NCBI GenBank assembly: GCA_040772485.1
Contig: JAXGYC010000007.1
Coordinates: 128,001 to 192,000, forward strand
Direction: 5' to 3'
From: Sedimentisphaerales bacterium
GTDB taxonomy: Bacteria; Planctomycetota; Phycisphaerae; Sedimentisphaerales; Anaerobacaceae
Length of the DNA stretch: 64,000 nt
Shown here: positions 27,992-37,145 of the stretch, in pieces
Position numbering within the stretch: the stretch's first letter is position 1
How the letters are laid out: the number at the start of each line of letters is the position of its first letter
Program-made: the position numbers and the translations under genes
The notes under the pieces: generated by a model
Told to the model about the DNA's origin: nothing
The model's input: the letters and a program-made list of their open reading frames with translations, nothing else
The model's database searches: none

Positions 27992-28906
27992 TCATTCACA
28001 TTCCTCCGAGAGCTTCAGGAGTTCCATCAATAACTGCTCCGCCAGATGGCGTCGGCCCTGTGCGTTGAGATGCCCCCCGTCATCCGTGTACATGCGTGCG
28101 AGAATGGGAACCTCCTGGCCCTCCGAGATACTGTAGTATCTCTGGCCCTCCGGCCCCAGCGTTTCGTACAGGGCCAGATCGAACAGAGGCTCTGTTCCCG
28201 CGAAACGCTCCCGCAAGAGCGCATTGTATCGTGCGCGTACGCGATTCTCTGCCAGGACAGGCGGCCTGCCGATCAGTCGCTTGATGCTCGCCTTCAATAT
28301 CCCCTTGGCGCTGCCGGGGGGACCTCCCAATGGAACCGTGACGTGCACAAATACGGTCTTGGGATAGCGCTGCTTCAACCTCTCCATCGTCTCACTATAC
28401 GCCGCCACGATTGCGTCCGGATCGGAATGAATTCCGATGTCCACAAAACATAACTTGAAGAAGGCAATGTCCACTTTCTCGCCCAGGCCGCTATCCATCA
28501 GACGTTCAAATTCGTCGATCTTCGACATCGGGTCGAAGTTCCGTCCCACCGGCGCGTGGGCCAGGATCGCCTCGTTGATCTGGCCCGCATCCTCCGTATT
28601 CACAATCCGTAGATGCAAAGAAGGGTGCGTCGCCATGACATCGCCAATTCCGTTGAGGATGTTACGCCCGACAGAATGGTGGCCAAAGAAGAGCTTCTTG
28701 CGGTTCAGACGCTGCCAAGCGTCCGGCGGAATGTCCGACATGCGCGCCGGCACGTACGAACCGGCCTTTTCATAGCTGCGGATTGACGTCATCCAGATAT
28801 AGAGACCGCCTCCGATCAGGAGAGCGATCACCACAAGAACTACTACCTGCATCCATTTCACCTCTAATCGAACACGGTCCATATTACACATCGTCCCCTG
28901 CGACAC
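27992..28906 (-). CDS. Membrane-anchored SGNH/GDSL-like protein
   Basis: N-terminal TM; FFGHHSVGRNI, FFKLCFVD, C-terminal DGGHLN (DxxH); start uncertain. Confidence 0.7.
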   Translation of the reverse strand: MSQGTMCNMDRVRLEVKWMQVVVLVVIALLIGGGLYIWMTSIRSYEKAGSYVPARMSDIPPDAWQRLNRKKLFFGHHSVGRNILNGIGDVMATHPSLHLRIVNTEDAGQINEAILAHAPVGRNFDPMSKIDEFERLMDSGLGEKVDIAFFKLCFVDIGIHSDPDAIVAAYSETMERLKQRYPKTVFVHVTVPLGGPPGSAKGILKASIKRLIGRPPVLAENRVRARYNALLRERFAGTEPLFDLALYETLGPEGQRYYSISEGQEVPILARMYTDDGGHLNAQGRRHLAEQLLMELLKLSEECE

Positions 28907-28935
28907 ACCTCGCCAGGATCGTCCTCGTCAGAGCG

Positions 28936-29337
28936 TCACGCCTCTTCCAGATTTCTTACCACACGTGCCGGATTTCCCATGACCAGCACGTTCGGAGGGA
29001 CATCTCTGGCCACCACCGCCCCTGCTCCGACGACAGAGTTCCTGCCGACTCGGACACCCGGCAGCACGACGGCATTCACAAAGACCCGGACGTTGTCCTC
29101 CAATGCGGTTTCCTGCCCCTCCTTGATGGGCTCTTGGCCCGTGTGTCCCAGGACATAGCTGCCACTGGCAATACTCACGTTGTCCCCAATAGTGACCTTG
29201 CCTCGTCGCACGTCCAGGTGCGCGCAGGAACTAACGTAGCAGTTCTTGCCTATGGATACCCCCATGAGACGATAGTACGCCACCCTGCTTCGCGATACGA
29301 TCCTGACCAACAGCGTTCTGATCTCTCGTGCCAGCAT
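28936..29337 (-). CDS. Hexapeptide-repeat (LbH) acyltransferase
   Basis: IGKNCYV, IGDNVSI, VVLPGVRVGRNSVVGAGAVV, GNPARVVR. Confidence 0.88.
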   Translation of the reverse strand: MLAREIRTLLVRIVSRSRVAYYRLMGVSIGKNCYVSSCAHLDVRRGKVTIGDNVSIASGSYVLGHTGQEPIKEGQETALEDNVRVFVNAVVLPGVRVGRNSVVGAGAVVARDVPPNVLVMGNPARVVRNLEEA

Positions 29338-29375
29338 ACCGCTAAACTCCAAGCACCGTTGCCAATGCAGTGTTT

Positions 29376-30338
29376 CTACACTATAGGGGATGTTTTGTGG
29401 ACGGTGGCACAGGCTCGCGACGCATCGTCACACGGGTCTGCACTACATCCAAGGCTCTCGGCTGCGGCCCGCAGCGCGCCGCTTACCTGCGGGGGGCCGT
29501 CCATACGAGGCGTCTGGCCGAGTACGGGCACGACGGGGCCAAGCAAGCCGCCCGGCTCACCATCCGCCCCAGCGGTCTTGCGCAAGACTTGAGACCTTTT
29601 CCTTTGTCTTAGAACACTCACGGCGAACCGCAACAATGCGATCTGCCGTCTCCATCGCGAGGGCTCTCGGGCGAGTCGATACAGCCACTCGGTGCCCGTC
29701 CTCTGGAAGATCTCGGGGGCGCGCTTGACGTGACCGCTAAGGACATCGAAGCTGCCGCCAACCCCCATGCAGAACGGCACGAGCAATTGCGCGCGATGCC
29801 GGGCGATCCAGCGCTCCTGCTTCGGCGATCCCAAGGCGATGAACAGCATATCCGCTTTCGACGCATTGATCCGTTCTACAATCGACTCACAGTCGCGATC
29901 GTCACAATATCCGTCTCGATAGCCCACGCAGCGAAGCCGGGGGTGCCTCTCCCGCAGCTTCTCTTGCGCCCGCCGGATGGTCTCCGGGCGAGCCCCAAAG
30001 AGAAACACTCCAAGATCCTCCTCTTCCGCCAGTTGAAGCATCCGAAGGAACAAATCGACGCCGGTGACACGAGGGATTTTCAAACCCCACAGGATCCGCA
30101 CGGCGGCCGCGGTTCCGGCACCGTCGCAGATATGGAAGGTCGCCTTTTTCACAATGTCTTCAAAGCCGGCGTCCTCATGAGCGAAACACACCTTCTCAGG
30201 ATTGATGGCGACGCAGTACGTCTTCTCCCTGTTTCGGATCGTGTGCAGAATGTGTGCGGCCGCGTGTGCCGGCGACGTGAAGCACGTGATGGGAACATCC
30301 AGGACCGTGCGTTCGATGGGCGATTCCATCATCACCAT
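29376..30338 (-). CDS. WecB/TagA/CpsF family glycosyltransferase (GT26, copy 2)
   Basis: AINPEK, ICDGAG, RVTGVDL, LGSPKQE, GVGGSFDV, EWLYRL; low-complexity C-terminal tail. Confidence 0.9.
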   Translation of the reverse strand: MVMMESPIERTVLDVPITCFTSPAHAAAHILHTIRNREKTYCVAINPEKVCFAHEDAGFEDIVKKATFHICDGAGTAAAVRILWGLKIPRVTGVDLFLRMLQLAEEEDLGVFLFGARPETIRRAQEKLRERHPRLRCVGYRDGYCDDRDCESIVERINASKADMLFIALGSPKQERWIARHRAQLLVPFCMGVGGSFDVLSGHVKRAPEIFQRTGTEWLYRLAREPSRWRRQIALLRFAVSVLRQRKRSQVLRKTAGADGEPGGLLGPVVPVLGQTPRMDGPPQVSGALRAAAESLGCSADPCDDASRACATVHKTSPIV

Positions 30339-31500
30339 AGGACCTCCTTTCCGATTGCCAGTACGCATACTCGGTTAGCGCGTGAAGCCCCCACGCCTGC
30401 GACCACCTCATGTACGGAATGCGGTTGGCGAAGAACCTGCCTCGGCGGAAGTAGAAAAAGCCCTTCCCGCTATACAGGTGCTCCAGCATCCACCGGAGAA
30501 TGCGATTCGTCAGTTCGTGGTACCGCGTTCCCTCGCGCGCGAAGAAACAGATCGCCTGCGCCGGCGCATGGATGTCGATAGGGTATACCCGATCGTGGTA
30601 GTACTTCGGCGTGCCGTCTTCCAGGAAGAAATTGTTGGCGTAGTATTCCACGCCCCTCGAATACGCCGCCCGGTGTTGCGGCGCCAGTCCGGTGTCGAGA
30701 ATGTAGCGGATCGCCTGAAGATTGAAACCCGTGTGAAATGAATCCACCCATTTCTGGATGGCCGTATCTGCGTAGAACCACGAGCCATCCTCCCGCTGAT
30801 GCCGCATGGAGTACTCCATGCTGGCGAGACTTGCAGCAGCCAACCGATCATCGTCACAGTAGCGCCCCAGGCGGGCGAGAATCGAAGCACCCAGCAGGTT
30901 CGCATTGTGTACCGTTTCCGTATCTACCGGCGTATAGCTGAAACAGAATGTCCCATCGAGTCTGGTTCTGTGGAGATCGTTAAGAATGAACTCCTTGATC
31001 GGGATCGCCATCTCCAGCGCACGTGGCTCACCTGTGAGCTCGTGGCAATCCAGCAAGGCATGACCGATTAAAGACGTGTTGACAATGGTCGGTGTCCCCT
31101 TCGGCCGCAGGTACGTCGAAGACTGCCAATCGAAATTGTAGCCCCAGCCATAGCCTGAGCAGCCCGTGCTTCGAAGTCGCCCGAGAAGATCGATCAGATA
31201 GCCGATCCTCTCCAGGTATCGTTTGTCTCGTTCGAGAGCATACAGTCGGGAATACCCCCAGAGAAACAGCCCGATCGCCTTGGCGTTGTGACCCGGATGG
31301 ATTCCCAGCACGGGTCGGAGGTTCAAGGGGCATCGCCTCAGGAGCTGCGTCGCGGCCATGCGCATCGCTTTGCTGGGTGAACAGGCCCACCGCAGCAAGG
31401 ATCCGTTCATCGCGTCATATGGATCGTACCCGCCATAGTCAGCCGATTCGATGTACGCGAGCATTTGTTCGACGCATTGGCGAAGTGTTTCCTGGACCAT
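30196..31500 (-). CDS. Conserved polysaccharide-cluster protein, probable (alpha/alpha) barrel
   Basis: GYDPYD, WGYNFDWQ, FSYTP, VHNANLLGA, WVDSFHTGF, YPIDIH, YMRWSQAW; 3' end overlaps the next gene. Confidence 0.7.
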   Translation of the reverse strand: MVQETLRQCVEQMLAYIESADYGGYDPYDAMNGSLLRWACSPSKAMRMAATQLLRRCPLNLRPVLGIHPGHNAKAIGLFLWGYSRLYALERDKRYLERIGYLIDLLGRLRSTGCSGYGWGYNFDWQSSTYLRPKGTPTIVNTSLIGHALLDCHELTGEPRALEMAIPIKEFILNDLHRTRLDGTFCFSYTPVDTETVHNANLLGASILARLGRYCDDDRLAAASLASMEYSMRHQREDGSWFYADTAIQKWVDSFHTGFNLQAIRYILDTGLAPQHRAAYSRGVEYYANNFFLEDGTPKYYHDRVYPIDIHAPAQAICFFAREGTRYHELTNRILRWMLEHLYSGKGFFYFRRGRFFANRIPYMRWSQAWGLHALTEYAYWQSERRSYGDDGIAHRTHGPGCSHHVLHVAGTRGRTHSAHDPKQGEDVLRRHQS

Positions 31501-31506
31501 CTGCGT

Positions 31507-33648
31507 TTAGACCGAGACAACCTCTCGTATCTGAAGAGACTTAACCGTCGCAAACATGGTGCGCGTCACCCCAAAGATCTCCGCCGGGGCAATAATAGGC
31601 GGCCCCCCCTGCTTGATGCGCTCAATGAATGTCTGGACCATCCTTGCCTGACCTTTGTCCTGGGAAAAAGACTTCTCACGATACGGTTTGCCCACGGAGT
31701 AAATCTCCAGTTCTCTGAAGTCTCTAATGACGCCTGTGAGCCCGGCGCCGTAAACCTCAATATACTCCTTCCCCAACTCCTTCGAGCCGTTGGCAAAATA
31801 GCATATGCTGCCAACTGAGCCATTAGAAAACTCCAGGTTGATAACGGCCGTATCGTTCAAACCACCAGGGTCGGGCAAGGCCACGGCGTGCACACGCACG
31901 GGCAGCGCGCTACAGAGCCACGTGAGAAAATCCACAAAATGGCATACTTCACCAATGATTCGACCCCCTCCTCGTTGTCTGTCTTGAATCCAACTGTCAT
32001 TCGGAACCGCGCCTGCATTGACTCGATAGATCATGGAAACGGCGAGTCCCCGCAGCCGTTTCTTCAGCTCTACCGCGTGCGGAGCATACCGACGATTGAA
32101 ACCAACTATCAGGTGCTGACCTTCGGTTCTGCTGTAGACCTGCTCGATCTCCTCAAGTTCATCAGGAGTAAGACAGAGAGGCTTTTCAACAAACACGTTC
32201 TTTCTTGCCGAAAGTGCCTTCTTGACGTACTCCGCATGGCTGTCATGACGGGTCGCCACGAAGACCGTGTTGATGGCAGCGTTCTCAAAGATGTCCTTCG
32301 GCTCAGACGTACAAAAGCCAAACCCGAATTTGCGCGCCACTCGTTTGGATGTTGTTCCTGAATTGGTCATAACCCCAGCCAGTGAAACATCGCCGCAATG
32401 CCTCGGCAGATAAGGCAAGAGATTGCCCTGCGCATAGCTCCCGGCACCTACAAAAGCGATGCCGACCTTCGCCTCCGGTCTACTGGACCGGACATTCACG
32501 CTCTCCCGCACCAATGGCTTCTCCACATCATACTTCAAGACGACACCGAGAAACGGCTCACAACGACTAACGATCATATCGTATGCCTGCGGTGCCTGCT
32601 CCAGCATGAATTCATGAGTCGTCAGATACTCCAGGTTAATCCTGCCGCTGTGGAGAAGTTTCTGGAAGGCCTGCATGTTTCGTCTTTCCGTCCAGCGGAT
32701 ATAGGCCGGTGGGTAATCATGCCCTTCTTCCTCATACATCGGATCATAGCGGCCAGGACCATAAGAACAGGACATCCTCAGTTCGAGTTCTTTCCTGTAC
32801 CAGTGCGGTTCTCTATTGAAACCTGTCGGGACAGCCCCCACCACAACAACACGGCCTTTCTTCCGCGCGATCTCTCCTGCAAAATTAACCGGGTCGAGAC
32901 TGCTTGTCCCGGCTGTGATGATCACGGCGTCAACACCCAATCCACCTGTGAGGTCTCGAATCTGGTCCGAGTCACCGGGGCCCGTGCGAACCAAGGCCGA
33001 GTCACAGCAGTGCCTTTGAGCAAGTTCAACCGCCCAACTATCAATGTCAACACCAAACGTTGTCACCCCACTGACACGGAGCATGAGGCATGTGAGCTGA
33101 CCGAGGAGACCAAGCCCGATCACTGCACAACTCTCCCCCAGCCGTAAATCCGCCTGGCGAATGCCCTGCAGAGCGATCGCACCAAGCGTGTTGTAGCTCG
33201 CCTGCTTCATATCCGCCTCTGGATAGAGCCCCACACAGAGATTCTCCGGCACGGACACAACTTCGGCATGGTTGGCATAGGCGCCTCCGGCGCACGCCAC
33301 CCTGTCGCCAAGTGCGAAGCCCCGTACAGCGCCATCCATGCCAATGACCTCGCCCGAACTGCTACAGCCCATCGGAGAATAAGCATCCAGCTTCCTCGTA
33401 ACCGCTCGATAGGTCTGTACTGGCCCCTGTTTCTTCAGCACGTCGAGAACCTGTTTGAGCTGCTGGGGTCGTTCTCGGGCCTTGCCGACCAGGTTCTTTC
33501 TGGCGGTCTTGGCCGTCGAACTCTCAGTGCCGGCACTAATAACGGAATAATGATTGCGAACAAGAAGCATCCCACGACCGATCTGCGGCCAAGGGACTTC
33601 TCGGACCCTGATTTGGCCCGATTTGAGTTGCTGTGTCAATTGTTCCAT
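31507..33648 (-). CDS. Bi-domain oxidoreductase (MDR/Zn-ADH-like fused to Gfo/Idh/MocA)
   Basis: SVISAGTE, GLGLLGQ, SYGPGRYD, VGAGSYA, VFVEKPL, VGFNRR, GEVCHFVD. Confidence 0.9.
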   Translation of the reverse strand: MEQLTQQLKSGQIRVREVPWPQIGRGMLLVRNHYSVISAGTESSTAKTARKNLVGKARERPQQLKQVLDVLKKQGPVQTYRAVTRKLDAYSPMGCSSSGEVIGMDGAVRGFALGDRVACAGGAYANHAEVVSVPENLCVGLYPEADMKQASYNTLGAIALQGIRQADLRLGESCAVIGLGLLGQLTCLMLRVSGVTTFGVDIDSWAVELAQRHCCDSALVRTGPGDSDQIRDLTGGLGVDAVIITAGTSSLDPVNFAGEIARKKGRVVVVGAVPTGFNREPHWYRKELELRMSCSYGPGRYDPMYEEEGHDYPPAYIRWTERRNMQAFQKLLHSGRINLEYLTTHEFMLEQAPQAYDMIVSRCEPFLGVVLKYDVEKPLVRESVNVRSSRPEAKVGIAFVGAGSYAQGNLLPYLPRHCGDVSLAGVMTNSGTTSKRVARKFGFGFCTSEPKDIFENAAINTVFVATRHDSHAEYVKKALSARKNVFVEKPLCLTPDELEEIEQVYSRTEGQHLIVGFNRRYAPHAVELKKRLRGLAVSMIYRVNAGAVPNDSWIQDRQRGGGRIIGEVCHFVDFLTWLCSALPVRVHAVALPDPGGLNDTAVINLEFSNGSVGSICYFANGSKELGKEYIEVYGAGLTGVIRDFRELEIYSVGKPYREKSFSQDKGQARMVQTFIERIKQGGPPIIAPAEIFGVTRTMFATVKSLQIREVVSV

Positions 33649-33667
33649 AGGGATAATCGTACAGACT

Positions 33668-33770
33668 GGGGCACTCTAACAAAACCGTTTGAGTCGTCAC
33701 CAACAGATGAGCAAACACCCGATGATCACGAACGTTTCATGAATGTGTTACGCTTGCTATGCCGCATACA
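33668..33770 (-). mobile_element. Degenerate IS5-family transposase 3' end and right end
   Basis: Hand translation gives MRHSKRN, then a frameshift, then IHETFVIIGCLLICW*RLKRFC*. This resembles IS5-family C-termini (RYE.RADIH.AF..LGC.LICW). It is followed by an end-like TTTTGTTAGAGTGCCCC. Confidence 0.6.
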
Positions 33771-33819
33771 TGAGTATCCTGAGGATGTCCCATGGATAAT
33801 TGAAGGTTAGAGAAGTTAC

Positions 33820-34070
33820 AGGTACTCCGGCCTGACCCTCTATACGCCCGCCGCCATCCACTGCGGCCGCGTCGAACACGTGCGTGAATCGCGTTAGGTG
33901 ACCCTCGGCTTCGCACAGCGCCGGCATCTTCACCGCTTCGTACGAAAATCACTCCAGGTCCCCTTGTCGCGGCCGGCCGTTTCGATCAGTCTACCAACGA
34001 ACGTGGAAAACCAAGCCATGATTCGAGCCCAGTCCAAAAAGAGCTGTCTGATGCGACTTGACAACTACCG
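33820..34070 (+). mobile_element. Degenerate IS3-like (rve) transposase 3' end
   Basis: RYSGLTLYTPAAIHCGRVEHVRESR*VTLGFAQRRHLHRFVRK...AVSISLP resembles RHSG...TP..VHYGR...HPERF...VWINPP C-termini; internal stop; end-like TGTCTGATGCGACTTGACAACTACCG. Confidence 0.62.
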
Positions 34071-35162
34071 GCTACGCTCGTTGTACCCATCCTCTCGGCC
34101 TGATCGGGAGATGGCTGCATAGAACCCATCAAGAAATCTATCCATCGTACAGAGATTCACATAGGCCTCTCTCGCTGCCTGTCCCATCACAGTGATCAAA
34201 TCGGGGTTATCCATGAAGAGGCGCATCTTCTCAACGTAGTCCGCCGGCTCATTACAAAGGAACGAGTTCCTTTCGTTCAGGTAGTACGCTTCCGGGCCAT
34301 GATCCACATTGAGAGTCAAGATGGGTTTCCCCCAATACAACGATTCGACAATACCAAGCCCCATCGCACCCGGGATCGAGAAGACATCACAGGCAGAGAA
34401 GACCTCCGCCATTGCGGTGCGATCATACAATGGGCCCAGATAGTACACGTTGCCGCGTCCCAACAGTCGCGTCCCCGCTTGGCCATCCAGCCCGGGACCA
34501 ACAATCACAAGAGCCCATTCTGGATGAGTGTCGCCGAGTCTTTCGAAGCTGTCGAGCAACACATCCAACCTCTTTCGAGGCTGGATCCGCCCGCTGAACA
34601 GCACTATTCTCTGCTGCCTGATTCCCAGACTGCGCAGTATCTCCTCCTTGCTCCTCGCGATCAGCCTGTCCTTGCCCTGCATGTCCAGCGTGTTGTAGGC
34701 TACGCCTGCCTTCCTGCAATTCATCTTCCACAAAAACTTCTTTTCACTGGGTGTGTACAGGATCAGCCCGTCGAAGATCAAATGCAGAACGTTGCTTCCG
34801 AACAATTCAGTCACCGCGGTTCTCCTTGACAGGTTCAACCCGTGACCATAGTAAAAGGCCCTTCGGCCGGTTGCTCTGGCATAAAGAACAGACCCCACAT
34901 AGAAGCAGAGTCCCGGTTCTCTCCTCATAAGCGTGGTGACCACCAGATTGATGCGGTGCTCTCGCAACACCTTCTGGTAATTGCGAAACGTCATGGGGCG
35001 GTCTATCATGGTAAAGTCTACTTCCTCCTCCTGACGGTCAATGCTCGTAGGCCAGACGCACAGATGGTAGCCCTTCCCCCGGAGGAAGTCAGATAGCATG
35101 CTCAATACTGGCACCTTGTAGAAGAGGACTCTCGGGTATAACAGCAGCAAATTCATTATCAT
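34065..35162 (-). CDS. Glycosyltransferase family 4
   Basis: LFSGRIQPRKRLD, IVGPG, GLGIVESLYWGKP; ATGA coupling to the upstream gene. Confidence 0.85.
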   Translation of the reverse strand: MIMNLLLLYPRVLFYKVPVLSMLSDFLRGKGYHLCVWPTSIDRQEEEVDFTMIDRPMTFRNYQKVLREHRINLVVTTLMRREPGLCFYVGSVLYARATGRRAFYYGHGLNLSRRTAVTELFGSNVLHLIFDGLILYTPSEKKFLWKMNCRKAGVAYNTLDMQGKDRLIARSKEEILRSLGIRQQRIVLFSGRIQPRKRLDVLLDSFERLGDTHPEWALVIVGPGLDGQAGTRLLGRGNVYYLGPLYDRTAMAEVFSACDVFSIPGAMGLGIVESLYWGKPILTLNVDHGPEAYYLNERNSFLCNEPADYVEKMRLFMDNPDLITVMGQAAREAYVNLCTMDRFLDGFYAAISRSGREDGYNERSR

Positions 35163-35716
35163 AGCAGATTGGCTGACGCCCATGCACTCGCGACATCCTC
35201 CAACACGTGCCTGTGGGCCCCGTCTTGCACGGTCTCCAAATGCTTCTTCAGTGTGCTAAGATCAAATCGACGTTTCATTGGTCGACAAGGCACCCCCACA
35301 CACACCGTATACGGCGGAAGATTGTGTGTCACTACGCTCCCGGCACCTACAACACACCCCTCAGAAATCTTTGCGCCCCGGAGGATGGTCACGTTCGCCC
35401 CTATCCAGACGTCATTCTCAATGATCACGCCGCCAATGGTCCTCTTCACACTGTTCTGGTACATCGTTACGCCAACAACGTCATACCGATGGTCATCGCA
35501 TTCAATCACGAGATTAGGGCCGATCAGAACATCGCTTCCAATCTTGAGGTCGCGTGCAGATATGAGAAAGTTCCTCGCAATAAAGATATTGCTCCCGAGT
35601 TGCACTTCCTCTGGACGAGTGATGAGCCCCCCTCTTGACATCACAATATTGCGACCATGGCTCTTGAATCTCATGAAGTAGTAAGAGTATCTGACTCGCG
35701 TGAAGAGCCTACCCAT
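35159..35716 (-). CDS. Hexapeptide-repeat O-acetyltransferase
   Basis: IGSDVLIGPN, IENDVWIGANVTILRG, VVGAGSVV, GVPCRPMK. Confidence 0.88.
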   Translation of the reverse strand: MGRLFTRVRYSYYFMRFKSHGRNIVMSRGGLITRPEEVQLGSNIFIARNFLISARDLKIGSDVLIGPNLVIECDDHRYDVVGVTMYQNSVKRTIGGVIIENDVWIGANVTILRGAKISEGCVVGAGSVVTHNLPPYTVCVGVPCRPMKRRFDLSTLKKHLETVQDGAHRHVLEDVASAWASANLL

Positions 35717-35801
35717 ATACGTTACCCACTATCATCATCCCACATACAACACGCCCCCAAGCCGTTCGTTCCTTACTCCGCAGACGTCGTACAACAGTCT
35801 G

Positions 35802-37130
35802 TCACGAGCTCTGGTTGATATCCAATGAGACCGAGGGCTCCGCGCAATACGCCACGGAGACTTCAGTCGTCTCCCCTCGCACGGCCCCAGCCGCTGTGAC
35901 GATCACGAAAGACAGCAACAAACCGAACGGAGTAGTCGGCCACCAAGATGTGTTTTCAAACAGTCCCGAGAGACTGAAACCTATGTATGCCCAGAGCGCG
36001 AACTTGTAGTAGAGACTGCTCCGCGAGCCCACATAAAGCCTGTGGAAAACAGCCAGATACAACGAGGCGAAGAGTACCGCCCCAACAATCCCGAATTCAT
36101 AAAAGACGGATGCGTAGAAGCAATGAGACGAGTAGCCCGTTGCTCGATCAACGCTGCTCGATTCCTGAAAGGTTTCTATGGAACTCTTCATGAAACCGTG
36201 CCCAAATGCGTACTCCCGCATTCCTTCTTCGAGCATGATTCGCATTCCCACGACCCTGCCACCGTCGCCCGTCTCCACAAACCGATGCCGGAGCTTCCCC
36301 ATGTACCCTACACTGACTACAATGGCACCAACAGCAACGCACACCAGGATCGCGAGCAGACGACCCTTGGCCTGCCCGACGGACACCACGGCACCCACCA
36401 GAAACAGACACAACACCGCCATCCCACTACGAGACAGGGTCAGTAAGGTCAGAAGCAGGACCACGGCGCAAGAAAGCAGAAGCAGATCTGCGCGGAAGTC
36501 TTTGAGCGCGTAGCACCGGCAGAACAGGCCGACTAACAAAACAAGCAAGTTCCGTGGAAGCTCATTGATGCCGAATGGCCCACAGAGACGACCTGTGATC
36601 AAGCCCTCGTCCGGAAACAAGAAGACAAATAAAAGGACCGAACTGATATTGTAGAGGAGAAGCCAACCGAAACCAGGAAAAAGGTCTGAGAAGAACGTGT
36701 CACGGGCACCGCCACTGAAGTGCAGAAGGATAGCCCACCAAAGCCCACCGCTCACCACGAGAAGTGCTATATTTCTCGTATTATGGTACCATGCCAAGGT
36801 GCCGGCAGCATATAACAACACACACGCCATCAAAAAGGGGATGAGGAGACCACCGTGAGACCCCCGACTGCGTATTGATCGCACAAAGAGGAGAAACCCA
36901 AGCAACACAATTGCCGCGTTCCCCAAGAGTGCCATTCGGTCCGACCGAACAGACTTTACGAACTCGGCCAACCATAGGGAGAACCACAGAACACGATCTA
37001 CGGCGGACTTCTCGCGGCCTCTGAGCTCCGTGAATACGTAGATCATCCAGATCGCAACTGCCAGGGCGAGTACGATAACCTCACCTCGTGGCGTGATCGA
37101 GGTCATTCTGTCCCCGATACTCTTAAACAC
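35802..37130 (-). CDS. Wzy/O-antigen ligase family membrane protein
   Basis: Multi-TM; LTLSRSG, FGHGF, SHCFY, EFGIVG. Confidence 0.75.
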   Translation of the reverse strand: MFKSIGDRMTSITPRGEVIVLALAVAIWMIYVFTELRGREKSAVDRVLWFSLWLAEFVKSVRSDRMALLGNAAIVLLGFLLFVRSIRSRGSHGGLLIPFLMACVLLYAAGTLAWYHNTRNIALLVVSGGLWWAILLHFSGGARDTFFSDLFPGFGWLLLYNISSVLLFVFLFPDEGLITGRLCGPFGINELPRNLLVLLVGLFCRCYALKDFRADLLLLSCAVVLLLTLLTLSRSGMAVLCLFLVGAVVSVGQAKGRLLAILVCVAVGAIVVSVGYMGKLRHRFVETGDGGRVVGMRIMLEEGMREYAFGHGFMKSSIETFQESSSVDRATGYSSHCFYASVFYEFGIVGAVLFASLYLAVFHRLYVGSRSSLYYKFALWAYIGFSLSGLFENTSWWPTTPFGLLLSFVIVTAAGAVRGETTEVSVAYCAEPSVSLDINQSS

Positions 37131-37145
37131 ACAGGCTCCCGAAGT

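Noticed and set aside
30196..31500. Delta-aminolevulinate dehydratase label that I recall for this kind of protein
   Set aside because: No HemB motifs; the sequence and context point to a carbohydrate-related alpha/alpha protein
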